From Nemertoderma westbladi (lineage: Eukaryota > Animalia > Xenacoelomorpha): a stretch of DNA of 64,000 nt. The notes beneath the pieces were generated by a model. It saw nothing but the letters and a program-made list of their open reading frames with translations, did no database searches and had not been told where the DNA came from. The translations under genes were made by a program, and so were the position numbers. The stretch covers positions 1 to 64,000 of the forward strand of contig JAUCBJ010008936.1 of NCBI GenBank assembly GCA_032718475.1, read 5' to 3'. Shown piece by piece: positions 32,880 through 45,946 of the stretch (position 1 is its first letter; the number at the start of each line of letters is the position of its first letter).

Positions 32880-34757
32880 CAGAAGTCGCTCGACAACAGC
32901 AAGAATTCTGCCGACAACGACGAGAAATGGAGGAACAAGCTCAACTTCTAGTGATGCAGGCAGCAGTAGAGGAAGAGAAGCTACGCGTTGCGAATATAGT
33001 GAGAATCTCTCATCTACAGGAACAAGCTGAATTAGAAGCAGCTGAAGTAGAAAGGTTAGAGGTAGACATTGCCCGACAAGCGGCAGCGGCAGCGGCCGAG
33101 TCAGAGCGACAAGCGGCAGCGGCGGAATTAGAACGAGACAGGTTAGTTTCGGAAGCACGGGCCGAAATGAAAACACGGCAAATAAAAGCTCAATCCGCTA
33201 TACGACAAGCAGAGTTTGAGGCGCAACAACGACAAACGGAACAACGAGAGAAGACAGCTAAACTTCATTTCGAACTCGAGAAGAAGGCGAGAGAATTAGC
33301 GAACGCTGAGGAAGATCTGGATCAAAAGGCCCGCGATCGATCGATGAGATCTCGAGACGGACATGACTTGGACCAGATAGAGGTAAGACATCGCCAAATT
33401 CAGGAACGAAAGAAGGAAGGAAGCGTAGGAGCACCCGGACGGGAACGACAATTAGTAAAAGACTTGTGTCAACGATTCCCACAGGTAACTCATATGTTTG
33501 CACCGGTTACGACTAAGGAACCTGTTTCGATTGCGGGTAGTAGTAACATTTCTCCTATCCATGGTGCGACGGAACACAGGTTTGTTATTCCGGACGAGTT
33601 TACACCGCCAAGAGCAACGTCGTCGCCTATTCCGAGGGTCAAGGTAAGTAACCCACCGATTACAGATCGTAGTAGTTTATTGACCGGACCTGCACTACTG
33701 ACGACAAAACAGGTGAGTCCACCGTCGACACCTAAACCCATTACACACTACGCTTACCCAATGACGTTTCGACCAACAAGGCCTTTGGATTCAAATGCTG
33801 TCATTCGCCCACCGATTCAGTTTACATCGCAATCTACGACTTCGAGGAAGACTTGTGAGCCTACCGAACAACGGAGAACAGTGGAGACGCGACCATTCAA
33901 CCAGTTTACATCGCAATCTACGACTTCGAGGAAGACTTGTGAGCCTACCGAACAACGGAGAACAGTGGAGACGCGACCATTCAACCAATTTACATCGCAA
34001 TCTACGACTTCGAGGAAGACTTGTGAGCCTACCGAACAACGGAGAACAGTGGAGACGCGACCATTCAACCAATTTACATCGCAATCTACGACTTCGAGGA
34101 AGACTTGTGAGCCTACCGAACAACGGAGATCAGTGGACGATGTTCCGAAACGGAATGTTAGAATTCGTACGACGCAACGGACGCGAGCACGTCGACCACC
34201 ATATCCGGATGATAGTAGTACTTCGAGCGAATCGGATTACCCGAAACGCGAGGTATTTAGAACAGGGGCGGCCGATGAATATAAACGCGAGCGTTCAGAC
34301 AACTCCTTTGCAGACAATCCTCCACAGACTACACCAACACAGAAGGCGTTACAACCAACGGACGCAATTAGTACACAACAGTTCGCCGACATCCTGCGAC
34401 CAGTTGTCAATAAGTTGGCTCAGATCGAGGAACGTCTGGAGGAAGGTTACACCGACAGTTCGAGAAATTCCGAATTCGAACACAATAGACACCCGAAGGA
34501 ACCACAAAGACCGGTACCTTCAAACCCCACATCGTATCAGGGAAAAGCGCCAAGAAGGGATATCAACAAGGTTACCAACCAAGGACGCGAAACTCTGAAC
34601 GTTGCCGAGGAGATAGCGAAATTCGCAGCCAGACAAGGATTGCCGGTACAACAACCACCGAAGTTTTCAGGTAGCTCAAAACACTGGCATACTTTCGTAG
34701 ACTATATCGAATCCCAGATCGCCGTGTGCGCCTTTACATCACGGGAGAAGTTCAATT
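32880..34757 (+). pseudogene. gag: N-terminal half of a BEL/Pao gag, inverted relative to the adjacent pol
   Basis: Coiled-coil region, Pro/Ser/Thr-rich linker and PPKFSGSSKHWHTF (start of the BEL capsid-like domain). The frame is open from ~32880; gag similarity appears to end at REKFNF. Confidence 0.8.
33818..34138 (+). repeat. 84-bp in-frame tandem repeat (~3.8 copies) inside gag
   Basis: 28-aa unit QFTSQSTTSRKTCEPTEQRRTVETRPFN with near-identical DNA. Confidence 0.95.
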
Positions 34758-34759
34758 TC

Positions 34760-35006
34760 CAAATGTGGTTATTCTACAAGATGGTCGATCTGTTCATTTA
34801 CAGGATGTAAAACTTGTTCATAGTGGTTTCGTTTGAGGGGGAAGTGTGTGAGGTGTGTCTTTGTGAGGTTTTGGTGTTGGGTTTTGTACTGGTGGCTGTT
34901 ATCTTTGTATATTGATTAGGCCTATCTGCTAGTGCCGTTTATTAGTGTATTATCTATATGTAGTATGAAGTATAGTACCAGTATATAAATATCAGATGTT
35001 ATAACA
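34760..35006 (+). mobile_element. Relic 3' end of a Gypsy-like element (integrase tail, PPT, short LTR)
   Basis: NVVILQDGRSVHLQDVKLV resembles a Gypsy integrase C-terminal motif; gagggggaag then TG at ~34845; possible end ataaCA at 35006. Confidence 0.4.
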
Positions 35007-35703
35007 TCTTAATATTATATATCTGAGATAGACGGTTTTGGCATACAAATGTCTATGAAAACATAAAAGCAAATACGCTATATCTCACATTACACTATGC
35101 AGATAGGAGTTTCAGTTAAAAATATGCCGTTCAAAGAATTATATGACTATAACTTACCTAATGACATCATTTCACAGGATTTCCACCAATCAGGAATCAA
35201 ATATGACAGGCCTGGAATGAGAATATGACAGGGCTGGAAAAGCTTCTGCCACTTAGCAATATCTCTAACAACCTCAGGAATCCCAGAAGCCGCATATAAG
35301 TCGCACTGACTTTCCTCCTCTACTGTGGTGAGGTTCGGCCACATGTTTTTGATTTCACCGACAACAAGCGTGGGCATATTTTTTAATGCTCTGCAGAGTT
35401 TCGAAATGTTATCACTCGCAGTCCCAGTCACAGCTGTTAGTGTTGGATCAGTTTCTAATGTGGTATGTCAAACTGGGTCTGTGACAAAGCAGTAGCCGTG
35501 ATTGTTTTTTTAACGTTATCAATAATGTTAATATCATTGTCATACTGATCTGTTCCCGTCCCAACCGTATCTTCTTGACTTCCCAAATCTGAAATAAATG
35601 AAGTGGTAGGCATTCACCAGCGGCAGCATAGTGTAAAGATGATAGAAAAAATAAAGTATTGAGGGTCTTTAGCTGGTTATATTATATTAGGTAGAGATAC
35701 AAT

Positions 35704-35743
35704 ATAGTAAACGTTTTCGACCTACTGGTCTCCATCAGACTAT
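35704..35743 (-). ncRNA. Minimal type I hammerhead ribozyme (PLE-type), possibly inactivated
   Basis: auagu-CUGAUGGA-gacc-agua-gguc-GAAA-acgu-uu-acuau: stem I, core, stem II and a palindromic stem III; the core reads CUGAUGG instead of CUGAUGA. Confidence 0.65.
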
Positions 35744-36349
35744 GTACTGGCAACTAACAGGAAAAGGTGGGGTCTATATATATATATATAAGTTTTAAAG
35801 GGGAATACCTGATAGGTGAATCCCAGAAAGGTTAACGTGTATGTATGTACTGTATAACGTAAGCTAATTGTGATAGGGAAAATACACCAAGTTAGTTGTA
35901 AGCTGTCAATCTAAAGTACAAATATAGGGTTGCAGGTTGGGTTATAAGGTTGGGAGAAGTTGATAGGGAAATCACAGGAGTGGTCATGTGTCTACATACT
36001 GAATGGTATAATTGGATTAGGTAGATTACATAGGATTATGAGGTATCTACTTCAAGCGCATGGTTAGGTAGAATGCAACATAATGATAGCTTTAATTTAT
36101 ACAGAGTAAGAAATCACAAGAAACAGAAAAACCAAGACAAAAACAAAAAGGAAGGTAGGGGAAAAGCACATAAAAACCCTGGAAATTCGCTATTGAGGGC
36201 ACTGTAGTTGTGTAAGATATAGAATATAGGGTGTATTATATAAAACGTTGGGTTTAGATTGCTGGTCTTGCTACGTTAAGTGGGGGGTTGTATGTATAGA
36301 TTAGGTTAGCTTCCGCCGCTAGTAGTTCGGGTATGTTTGTGCAAGTCAT
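35704..36349 (-). mobile_element. 3' end of a Penelope-like element (GIY-YIG C-terminus plus 3' region with hammerhead)
   Basis: Minus-strand translation of 36349-36254, MTCTNIPELLAAEANLIYTYNPPLNVARPAI*, fits the E..I...P.LN end of PLE GIY-YIG domains; hammerhead ~510 nt downstream. Confidence 0.7.
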
Positions 36350-36654
36350 GGTAGCAAGTTTTTTGCAAGCTTATTACAAAATCTTGGCACGTTTAACCTG
36401 GATTCTGGTCCGGGAATGCCACCAGTGTCCTGAACTAAATTGAGAGATGCACATGAATAAGCCGGTGATAATAAGCGATCCACATGCACTTCAACGTTGG
36501 AATTCTTTCTTATCGCCAGCGACGATTGTTTTGCCATGGTAAATTGGAGTAGCGTAGTCTTAAACATAAACTCGAAACAGTACACCAGTAAATTTATACT
36601 ATCAGAATACTGGAATAATTAAACCACGTCCCACGTCGTCCCACTCCCCATAAC

Positions 36655-36775
36655 GTCGCCCATGGTCAGGGTGCTCCATTCAACGTCGCTCAGGGTCAGG
36701 GTGCTCCCCACCACGTCTCCCCGGGTCAGGGTGCTCCACTCAACGTCGCACAGGGTCAGGGTGCTCCCCACCACG
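36655..36775. repeat. 30-bp tandem repeat, ~4 copies
   Basis: acgtcgc.cagggtcagggtgctcc... recurring at a 30-bp period. Confidence 0.85.
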
Positions 36776-36799
36776 CAACACCACAGCTTTCACATAGCG

Positions 36800-37632
36800 A
36801 GAACATAGTCGCTTTGTTACTTGATAAATCCGATTTATTGAAGAAAGGATACATTGTCCACCATAGATAACTGGTATACTAGCACTCGCCTGGCGACGTT
36901 TTTTGACAATACAACTGGAGTGAGATGAACGAGAAATGTAACTAGAGGAATTCCAGACGAATTAAAAAACTTCAAACAGAAGGCCATTAGTTCGAAGTTT
37001 ATGCGAAATGAAAGTAAAACAATCTTAGCTGTCAAATTTACTGATAAACGGGATGTTTATTTATTGTGGATGATGCCAAAGAGGTTAAGAAGAACCGATT
37101 TGTCCATGGTGGTGATCAAGTTGCATTTTGTAAGCCAACCCCGATTGACATGTATAACAAATTCATGGGAGGCGTTGACTTGCAGGACCAACTTATAAAA
37201 ATGTACAATCCTGTACGGAAGAGCCATTCGTGGTAGAAAAAGATTGGATATAATCTGGTTATGCGTTTGGTTATAAATGCCTATGTCATTCATAAGCGCG
37301 AGAAGAATAAGAAGGCAAATCTCCTAAATTTCCTAACAAACGTAATTATTTGGCTGACTCAAATGAAATGTGATAACCCCCGTAACTGGCACCGTGGCTT
37401 CTACGAAAGTGACAGTTGTGATTCTGTAGTTCCAGGCCCAGGGGCCTTTGTCCACCACTCCCTCACACTAATTCCACCAACACCGAAGGTTCGCAAACCA
37501 AGAAACCGTTGGCGATTGTGTTACTCTGATGGGTGCAAAGAAAAACTGTCACGATATTATTGCCCGCAATGCCCCTCTAAGCCATCTCTATGTCTGGATT
37601 GTGCGACACTGTGGCACATGAACATAGAATAA
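36800..37632 (+). pseudogene. Degraded piggyBac transposase (C-terminal half)
   Basis: KGYIVTIDNWYTS, KFTDKRDVYLL, YNKFMGGVDLQDQ, VINAYVIH and a C-terminal Cys-rich domain CPQCPSKPSLC; stops and frameshifts. Confidence 0.9.
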
Positions 37633-40600
37633 TAGGCTTAGCTTTTGTGCAGTATACTGTACTACTGGTATCATTTAGTGTATGGCGGTTAGGTTAGGGT
37701 TAGGGTGCGATAAATACGTTTCGATAATGTTTCAATATATTTGTATATGTCGTTTTTGTTTGTATTATTTGTGTCGTTTTTTGATGGCCTTAGGGCTGAG
37801 TACTACTTTGTTAACTACATTATTAACATTACAATAAAATAAAATAACTTACAAAGACGAGATGCAGTCCATCTCTTTGTATGGCATTTACAATTGGTTT
37901 CACGTATAAGCCAGCGCTACAGATTAGTGTAGAGGTTTGGTTCGCCACCAGCACCATTACACTCTCTTTACTTTTATTGTGGTGTTTTTCCACTATATTC
38001 ATAAACATGGCCTTGGATCTGCATTATAGTCCTGGGCGGGTTTCTTCGAGGAGGGGATGCCTGGTATTTTTCCCTGATGGTGATTATTGCTATTTCCTGA
38101 ATTAGAAATATAATATACAAAATCCTGATTAATTCTCTACGCACTACGGGCAGAGTAATCAACACCAATAATAACCATATGTTGTTAATATTGAACACTA
38201 TAGAAATTTATTAGATAACCGTTGTGAATTAATATGAATATTAACATGAATTAATATTTTTTTGAATTGTTGTTGTTGTTGAATTTTTTTTATTTAAATT
38301 GTTTACACAGTTTAAAATATTTTAAATAACCAAAATTTATATATTTATTTTTAATTTTTTTTCTATATTATATCATCACACAATATGGAATAACAATAAA
38401 AGCAGGTTATTTAAAACCACTTTCAATCAACTCAGCACCTTAGAAAACCTTATTATATAAAAAAATTAATCAATTTTTTGAGTTAATGAAGGTGTTAATG
38501 AGGGTGGACCCTGACAGGCTAACGAGTGAGGACCCTGAGTTATTAAGGGTGTTTCCTGGATTAATAAAAAATAATTCATACTAAAAGTCTTCCGGATTGA
38601 TATTTCATACATTTAATGTACCTTCACGTAGCACTTCGAATTCTAATTTCAGATGAATTATCTTAACAATAATAATAACTAGGGATGCGATCAACATGTG
38701 AAGCCAGGTGGTTTATATAATAATATAGTCAACACAGTACTGTCTTCATTATAAGCCTCGTCCTGTTTTGTATTTAAATCGATACAGATCTAGATCTCCT
38801 TACATGTAACAAAATTTATTTGACATGTTTAAAAATGTCTCAAATAAATTATTCTAAAAACAAAAAATTTTGTTCTAGAATATTTTTGCTAATCAATAGC
38901 AAACAAACCATCATCAAGGATTCATTCCAAACTAATAAAAACCAACCATACCACAAAATGCTAAATTTTCTATATGATTTGATACCGTCTATAGTTTACC
39001 TCACTTCCTTCTTGTAGTTTCTACTATTACATTATTTGTAGTAACTATTATTGAATATGTGTTTAATTATTTCTTATTATTAAATAAATATACAAGATAA
39101 TAGCAAACATGATCAGAAGATCGAAAATACATATGAACACATTTGACGGCGGCAGGGGTGTGGGGGGGGGGGGGGGGGGGTTGGTTGAAGTGCAAAACGT
39201 GTATCAATGGCATTTCTTTTTTATTTCTCCTGCTTTGTGAAAAAAGTGCTGGATCCGCCCCTAACTTTTATTCCATTTCTCTATATACATACACTTGATT
39301 TAGGAAACATTACATATCAGTGCTAATATGACAATGTTATTTAAATATATTCATGAACTAAATACTAACGTTAAGGTACTCATCTTCGACAAACAGTGAG
39401 AGAATGCTAAACTCTTAAACTGGTGTTGACGAAGAGGGTCCCCGACATCATCAATAGCCCCCGGCACGACTACATATTTTGTACCAATAAGAAACCTCGT
39501 TTCTTTATAATATTTGGTCGAAAAGCAGGGAGGGACACTTATGGTAAGGACCATACGTGCCCTGGCAAATTATTCCCTTACATGTGGAGGTTAGGCTCAT
39601 CTAAAATTATATTTAATAACAATACAGTTAATACTAGATTAAGTGTAGGACCCTCATGAGGCCATCACTTCTTACACTGTAATATATAAATGTCAATATA
39701 ACCAATCTAATATATATATATACAGTAACAATATATTATATATATTATTACCTGTATCCCTTTATTGCCTATATTATATATCATATATAATATTAGGGCG
39801 GTGCGTTTTTTACTTTTTTTCGATTTCATTGTTCTACCAGTGCACAAAAGTTGCCAAATGGTAAAATAATAAGGCAAAAAAAATTTCTTTAAATTTCATC
39901 TATATCTTCACGGATCCCAAGAGGGTTGAAATTTTGTGCCATCGCGATGCACCATAATGAAATGTATAACAATATAACACATTGATGAAAGATCAATGAC
40001 TCAAAAAAGAACTTCCTGCATGCATCAAATGTCATCAAATGGGTCCAAACCTAGTTAGATACCAAAATTTTAACTTTTGGGTCAAGGGAACTAGTGCCAC
40101 AGGCACATGGCCAGAACCTACCATTTGGCGCAGTGATGATTATTCTCAATTTTCGCGATGGCCAACTTTGAGTTCTCCTACTGCATTCATATTATGCTCA
40201 TTAGAACCACAATGGCCGATTTAGTGGGGGTAGACACCTTCAAAACAAACGTAGAGCGAATAGTTCTTGAGATATCGCAGAAAATGTGAAGTACGGCACA
40301 AGTCTACATTACCGCCTTGATGTGAAATGGACAAATACACAATAAATGATATTTTGAATTATCTCAAGGAATCAAAAAATAGACACATCACAGTAATGAT
40401 CGATATAGTGGGTGAAGACACCTTCAAAATAAGAGTAGAGTCATTATTTCTTGAGTTATTTTACAAAATGTCAAGACTATGTCCACCAATTACTACTTGA
40501 TATTGAGTTGACCCAATACAGTTCTATACAAATGTAGTTATTGTATGTTTCAAGCGCTGCTTCCCAATCAAACTCAGGTGGGGGTGTATTTTTAATAAGA

Positions 40601-43471
40601 TTTAGTTTGAACAATACCAAATTAGTAACTTAATGTATTAATATACATAATTTCAATTGATGATTGTTTTTTAATTCGTGTTATTTTTGGTAGTAGTGTC
40701 ACATATTGCGAATATTGAAAAAAATATTATCATTAGTATGAGTAATAGTAATAATTTTTACTTACAGTAGGAAGGTCAGCGTATGGTATGAAGACGCCCT
40801 GGCCTTCTTCGCTGGCGACTGAGAAGTTAGTGCCGGTGTAGTTTTCTTTACGGCGCAAGTTACACTTAGGACCATTGCCACCATATGGTGGCCCTCCATG
40901 TCCGGCGGGTTGTCGATGACGTCTGCGAGTGACGTCCGCCGAGCGTATCAACCATGTATAACATGGTCGTGATATAACATGTAATTATTTTTACAACAGC
41001 ACCAAAAACGTGTTTTCATATTATAATTAAGGGGTGGGTACCCCCTCAGCAGAGTTTTTATTAAACAGCTCAAACTTCGTGTTGTAGGTCAATATCATTG
41101 TTATGTTGTGTTCAGCCAACGTGGGGAAGGCCAAAGAGCAACAAAAATTGAAATTTTAAATTATTTTGTGTCCCTCTAGCGGCGAGTGGCGGAATTAAAT
41201 ATTTCACTAAAAACACTACTAGTTCCTTAATATTTATCGAATTTTTTTGAAACCAACTTTTTTGGACTCAGCACTTTGTCATCGTTTCTACAAAAATTAT
41301 CCAGCCGATTTTTTAAATTATTAATTTTTAAGTAAATTAATTAAATTTATTAATTAAAATTTTCAATAATATTTAAAAAAAAAAAATTTCCGTCCCGATG
41401 TAATTAACATTCGAATCCTGGATCCTGGAATCCGGAATCCTGTTGTAGTAATAGTAGGACCTAAACCAATTACTGAGGACTCTGAAGGACTCATCAGTAT
41501 AGAAACAGCTGAAAGGACACATTCTATTGGTCGAATGCTTCCAATAAATAAGTAATGTTAAGGATGAGACCTCACAGAGCCATAGTGAGACACGACACTT
41601 TCTATTGGTTGTTCATACATAAACTGCAGAAAGATAATATCTACCAAGGTTGTGCGGGGAATGTTCTTTGAAGTAATGTTAGACCACTGGCTGAGACACC
41701 AGGAAGAGTGACACTGGGCATTAAATTCCTATTGGTCTTCGCATACATCAAAGTCCAAACCAATCTTGATGTGTATCATTGGCGCGGTATACATCTGAAG
41801 AATGTTTCTTGTGGTGTGGTGATAGTCTACATGCTGCCGCAGGCGAGATCTTTGAATGACTCATCAGTATAGAGACAGTGTCAGGCCAAACCTTGTGTGT
41901 TCAGTATAAATCATGAGGCAATTCAGAAATAAAGGTAATAAAGTTTACTCTACCTGTTATACAGTAGTTTGTAGCATTCACTGAAAGATTCTTGGATTCG
42001 TACCACCGCATCAGTTCGTCCATCACTTATTTTCTACGAATATTTGAGGTAAGTGGAGTTGGACACATCATTACTGTGTTTTTGTACTTTTATATAATAA
42101 TACCAGAATATTAATGAATGAATGCATTAATGAATGTGTTATACATTATGCATAATAGTAGTACAGGTACTGGTAGATAATGAAACGAAAGTCGAAAATT
42201 TTCTAAAACTTTCTCGGCCGTTTATTGTTTTGGTTAGAAAATACTGCTTCTGTATCCCGATATCTGAAGGAAGCCCCGCAATATTGAGCAGGGGGGAATT
42301 AATGGACAAGGTCTAAAGAAAAACCATAACTACAAGGCATGTTGACAGCGATCGTTCGGATAATTGAAAACAATGAAATATATTTTGAGTTTGATTGAAC
42401 TACTCATCATTTCTTATTAATTATATCTTATTATTTAATTAATCCTGAATTATTACATATAATGAAGGACATTATGTTAATCTTATTAGAAATCAATCAA
42501 TATCAAATAACATATTCACTATAAAAAAAACTAATGTAATATGAACATACGATTTATAACCAAAAAAAATACTGACAGAGAACAGATAAATGATCTTAAT
42601 TAAAAGAACATTTATAAACTTAAACACCTACTATATAGACAACGGTGAATTTAATGGTCGCGGTACCATAGCAACAGGGTGTTCTGAGAAGCAACGGCCA
42701 ATCTAAAAACATTGTTATAAATAAGTCAGAGATACGTCAGTACGTTTTTTTTTTCAAATTTCTAATGAATTGATATAATGATGTATAAATTAGTATTCTG
42801 AATTATCTGATTAAACTAATTAATATTTTTCAGTACCTAAATTAATACATAGTTAATTACTAGAGACCAATTATAAAAAATCAGGCCGAATATATTACAA
42901 TAGCGGATAATTAAATTCGTTCAGATCAAGCAGATCAATAAATTTGCCTTGTCTGGACAATTGCATAATAATAGATTAATAATATTCTGTTTTGCCTGTT
43001 ATAATACAGTGGTGGGTTGTGATACATATAAAACCAATAATCAAAGGATTAAAATTATAAAAATCTATAATTATTATAGTAGGCACTGTATGTATGAACA
43101 TATTTTTAGAGATTGGATTTATAGAGTGAAATATGTATGTACCGTTTATAACCACACTGGCAGAGAACAGATGAATAATCCTAATTAAATTACCCAAATT
43201 TAAATAAAATATTTTCGTTAAAATTATTAAGTTAGTATTTTAATTACCCTAAGATTATGATCCCCATGATTTAATGCTAGTCCTTTTAATATATTAAAAT
43301 TTATTTCAGCGGACAGATGTTCCATGCATTGGTTCTGATATGCACACAGGATGTCTAGCCTCACCTGTCTGTTGTCTGCCTCGTCCCCGGCCCCAGGAAA
43401 CCCGGTTACCACCGCTAGAGGGAGCCACGGAAGAAATGTTCTGTCCTGAGTCGGTTCAGGACAGGTCAGGT

Positions 43472-45738
43472 TCAGGTTTGAATATCCTCAAGGGCAATTT
43501 TAAAGTTTTTAGCTTCTCCTACATACACTTTGTTTGGGTGATAGGCGCTGACAACCATGTAAACGCACCCGATGTCGTCGTTTGGGATTTCAACATCACG
43601 CGCAAATCTGAAATTAATATTCGGCTGCGGCATGATGATACGTTCTCTGATATTGTTAGTCGGGTTTAAGATGTTAAGTTTATCCAGCAATAAAGATATA
43701 TGCTGTAACACCTTGTTCGGCTTTCTTAGCAACTCCTTGATATTTTTATGGGTGCTGTTCTTATAGCCAACAAAATATATATTTTTGAGCATTGTTACCC
43801 TAGATATTATAACATAAAACTGCTCGGAAAGCCACAGTGCCCAGATGGTATCGCTTTCGCCGATCTTACAGGCAACGCAGTCGCAGGTTTTGCCAGTCAC
43901 CCGATGGACAGCGATGGCAGCGATATTTTGAATAGGGTACTGCTCCCGTCTAGCCTTCTGGAGGTTGGCACTGACCTCCACTTCGTGTGTTGTGTGTTTC
44001 CGCAGCGAGATTAGCGGGTATTGGTTGCAGTCGCAATGCAGGTCACATTGGTCGCATCGATGTTGTTGATGGCATGGGAAGGAAGAAGGCGACAGTGAAC
44101 CCAAGGATCCTCTGCAGTTGGCAACTTCTCGATAACAACGAGTTGGCCCTGAGTGAAAGTGTGAGCGCTGGCCAGCACGTTGTAAGTGAGACGCATCACT
44201 GCTCCAACAGCCACAAACAGCTTCCTCACTTCCCTCACCTCCTTATCGAGTTGGTCGGAGACCCAGTCAGTGGCTGGCTCCCAGTTGCCGAGGTGGTTTT
44301 CAAATTCATCAACAGCAGTGTAGATGGCAGATTGAAGGCGCTGCCTCTGTGGACAAACTTGTTCGATGTAAGCTGCAGTCGTGGCTTCCTCTGCTTTCTT
44401 CTTCCCGACAATTCGAGTGGCGTTGAGGGGAGTGTCCTCCCAGGAGTCTACAAAGTTGCAGGATTCGCTGAGGATGTTGATGGCCTGATCGATATCACCC
44501 TCAGTGGGAGTGTGTAGGATGACTCTGAGAAGATCGAGGAGAGCCTGGAACCGAAGGTCACCTGCTGAGTGGACATAGTAGGCGAGTTTTGCTACCTTGA
44601 AGATGGTGAGGAATTGTGGAGACAGCCAGACTTGCGATCCTGATATTGTTGGCAGTTGTAAATGATCACCCGAACATAAAATGAGTTTGCCACCGTAGGG
44701 AAGTTTAGTACCGGTGACTTTCTTACAAATCATGTCGAGCACTGCTAATTGTTCGGCACAAAAGAGACCAATCTCATCTATAAAAATAACTTCGAGTCTA
44801 TTCAAGACAGACAACCTTGTTGGACTTGAGGCTAAATTAAAGAGGCACTTTTCAGACATTGGTTGTGCCTGTATTTTATTTCTGTCTCCACGCATGGCTA
44901 TGAGTTTGTGGTAATGGACACCACCGAGCTCTGAGGCTTTATTTCCTGTTATGGCAGTCATTGTAATTTTTAAATTTTTAGATAATGCATAGGCTACAGC
45001 ATTTAGCATTACCCAGGTCTTACCTGTACCTGGGGCCCCACAGATTAAAATGGGTTTTACAAATTTGGGGTTGTGTTCGTAATATGAATCAATTGACTCA
45101 CAACAAAGTTTAAGACTTTGTTGCTGTTCTTGAATAGAATCGAGAGATTGGTCTCTTGTTTGGGTGATTTGAGGCTGCCAGTTCGATGAGTGGTCCATTA
45201 CTTCAGGATCATAATTTAAGGGTAATGGCACCTTTTTCTATTTTAATGCATCAGTAATATTTTTCCGAAACGTTTTTTCAATAACCTGTACTTCCCGTGA
45301 AATTTTCTCTCGGAATAAATTTTCTTGAGCCAAAGGTAGACTGGAATAATTTAATTCCTCACCATGTAAAAGAGATGTCAAAACGTTGTCGGCTGTCTCC
45401 AACATTCTCTCAAACTGGCGTGTACTAATGGGGTAGTGGGCCAGTTGGTCTACAAGGTAGTGGCGGCGAAGGTTTCTGATGTCATCCTCGGTGACATTGG
45501 CTGCGTCAGGAATAAGACCACAGCGCTGAAAAGCAACTAATAAATTTGGTGCCGAATATAGGTCAAGTTCCGTTTGAAACTTACACATAGTCAGCATCAA
45601 ATGGATTAGGAACTTTTCAGGCTGGAACGGGGTTATATTGGAAAGGACAACAACAATCGGTGTGGTGGAGGTTTCATCGACGAAAAAGTTGATGGTCTCG
45701 TCGTTTCCGTCCATGATCGGTTGGAAAATGTCCCGCAT
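43472..45738 (-). pseudogene. PIF1-like SF1 helicase (Helitron-type) with an apparent C-terminal GIY-YIG motif; disrupted
   Basis: GAPGTGKT, IFIDEIG, PYGGKLILCSGDHLQLPTI, QYPI...AVHRVTGKT, QFYVIISRV, then GCVYMVVS...VYVGEAKN. In-frame stop at 45238 and a frameshift near 44025. Confidence 0.75.
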
Positions 45739-45766
45739 TAAGTCCGACGCTAGAGGGACACCTAAG

Positions 45767-45946
45767 TTTACTTGGTCTTTAAGATATTGGTGGGCGATCT
45801 GAATATCTGACTTTCAAAGTAGGATACGTTTGCCGTTTGATCTCCACCCCCAAAACAACAAAAGTTAAAATTCTTATAAACCTGCAGCATGGCGGCATTG
45901 CCAATATGTCGTTTCCATTTGGCAACAGTAGGTACAAACGGGTTAA
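45767..45946. mobile_element. Terminus of a piggyBac-type (TTAA) element truncating the neighbouring transposase
   Basis: ...ggtacaaacGGG|TTAA at 45930-45946, exactly where similarity of the 45768-46523 ORF to transposases stops. Confidence 0.4.

Larger units (their letters stand above)
21520..34757 (-). mobile_element. BEL/Pao LTR retrotransposon B (inverted gag 5' part, gag-pol, ORF3, putative 3' LTR); 5' LTR missing
   Basis: Intact 1592-aa Gag C-terminus/PR/RT/RH/IN ORF, 860-aa ORF3, G-run PPT followed by ac|TGTTTGCGG on the minus strand at 24091-24074. The left boundary is inferred from truncation of the RTE fragment. Confidence 0.8.

Noticed and set aside
28353-32951. Many antisense and overlapping ORFs within pol (and within both ORF3s)
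   Set aside because: Typical shadow ORFs of GC-balanced coding sequence, with no recognisable motifs.
37688-37706. ttaggttagggttaggg as telomeric repeat
   Set aside because: Only two to three units inside a transposon 3' region.
41470-41510. CTGATGAGTCC on the minus strand (similar at ~41858) as a hammerhead
   Set aside because: The closing GGAC-GAAA and stems I/III are absent.
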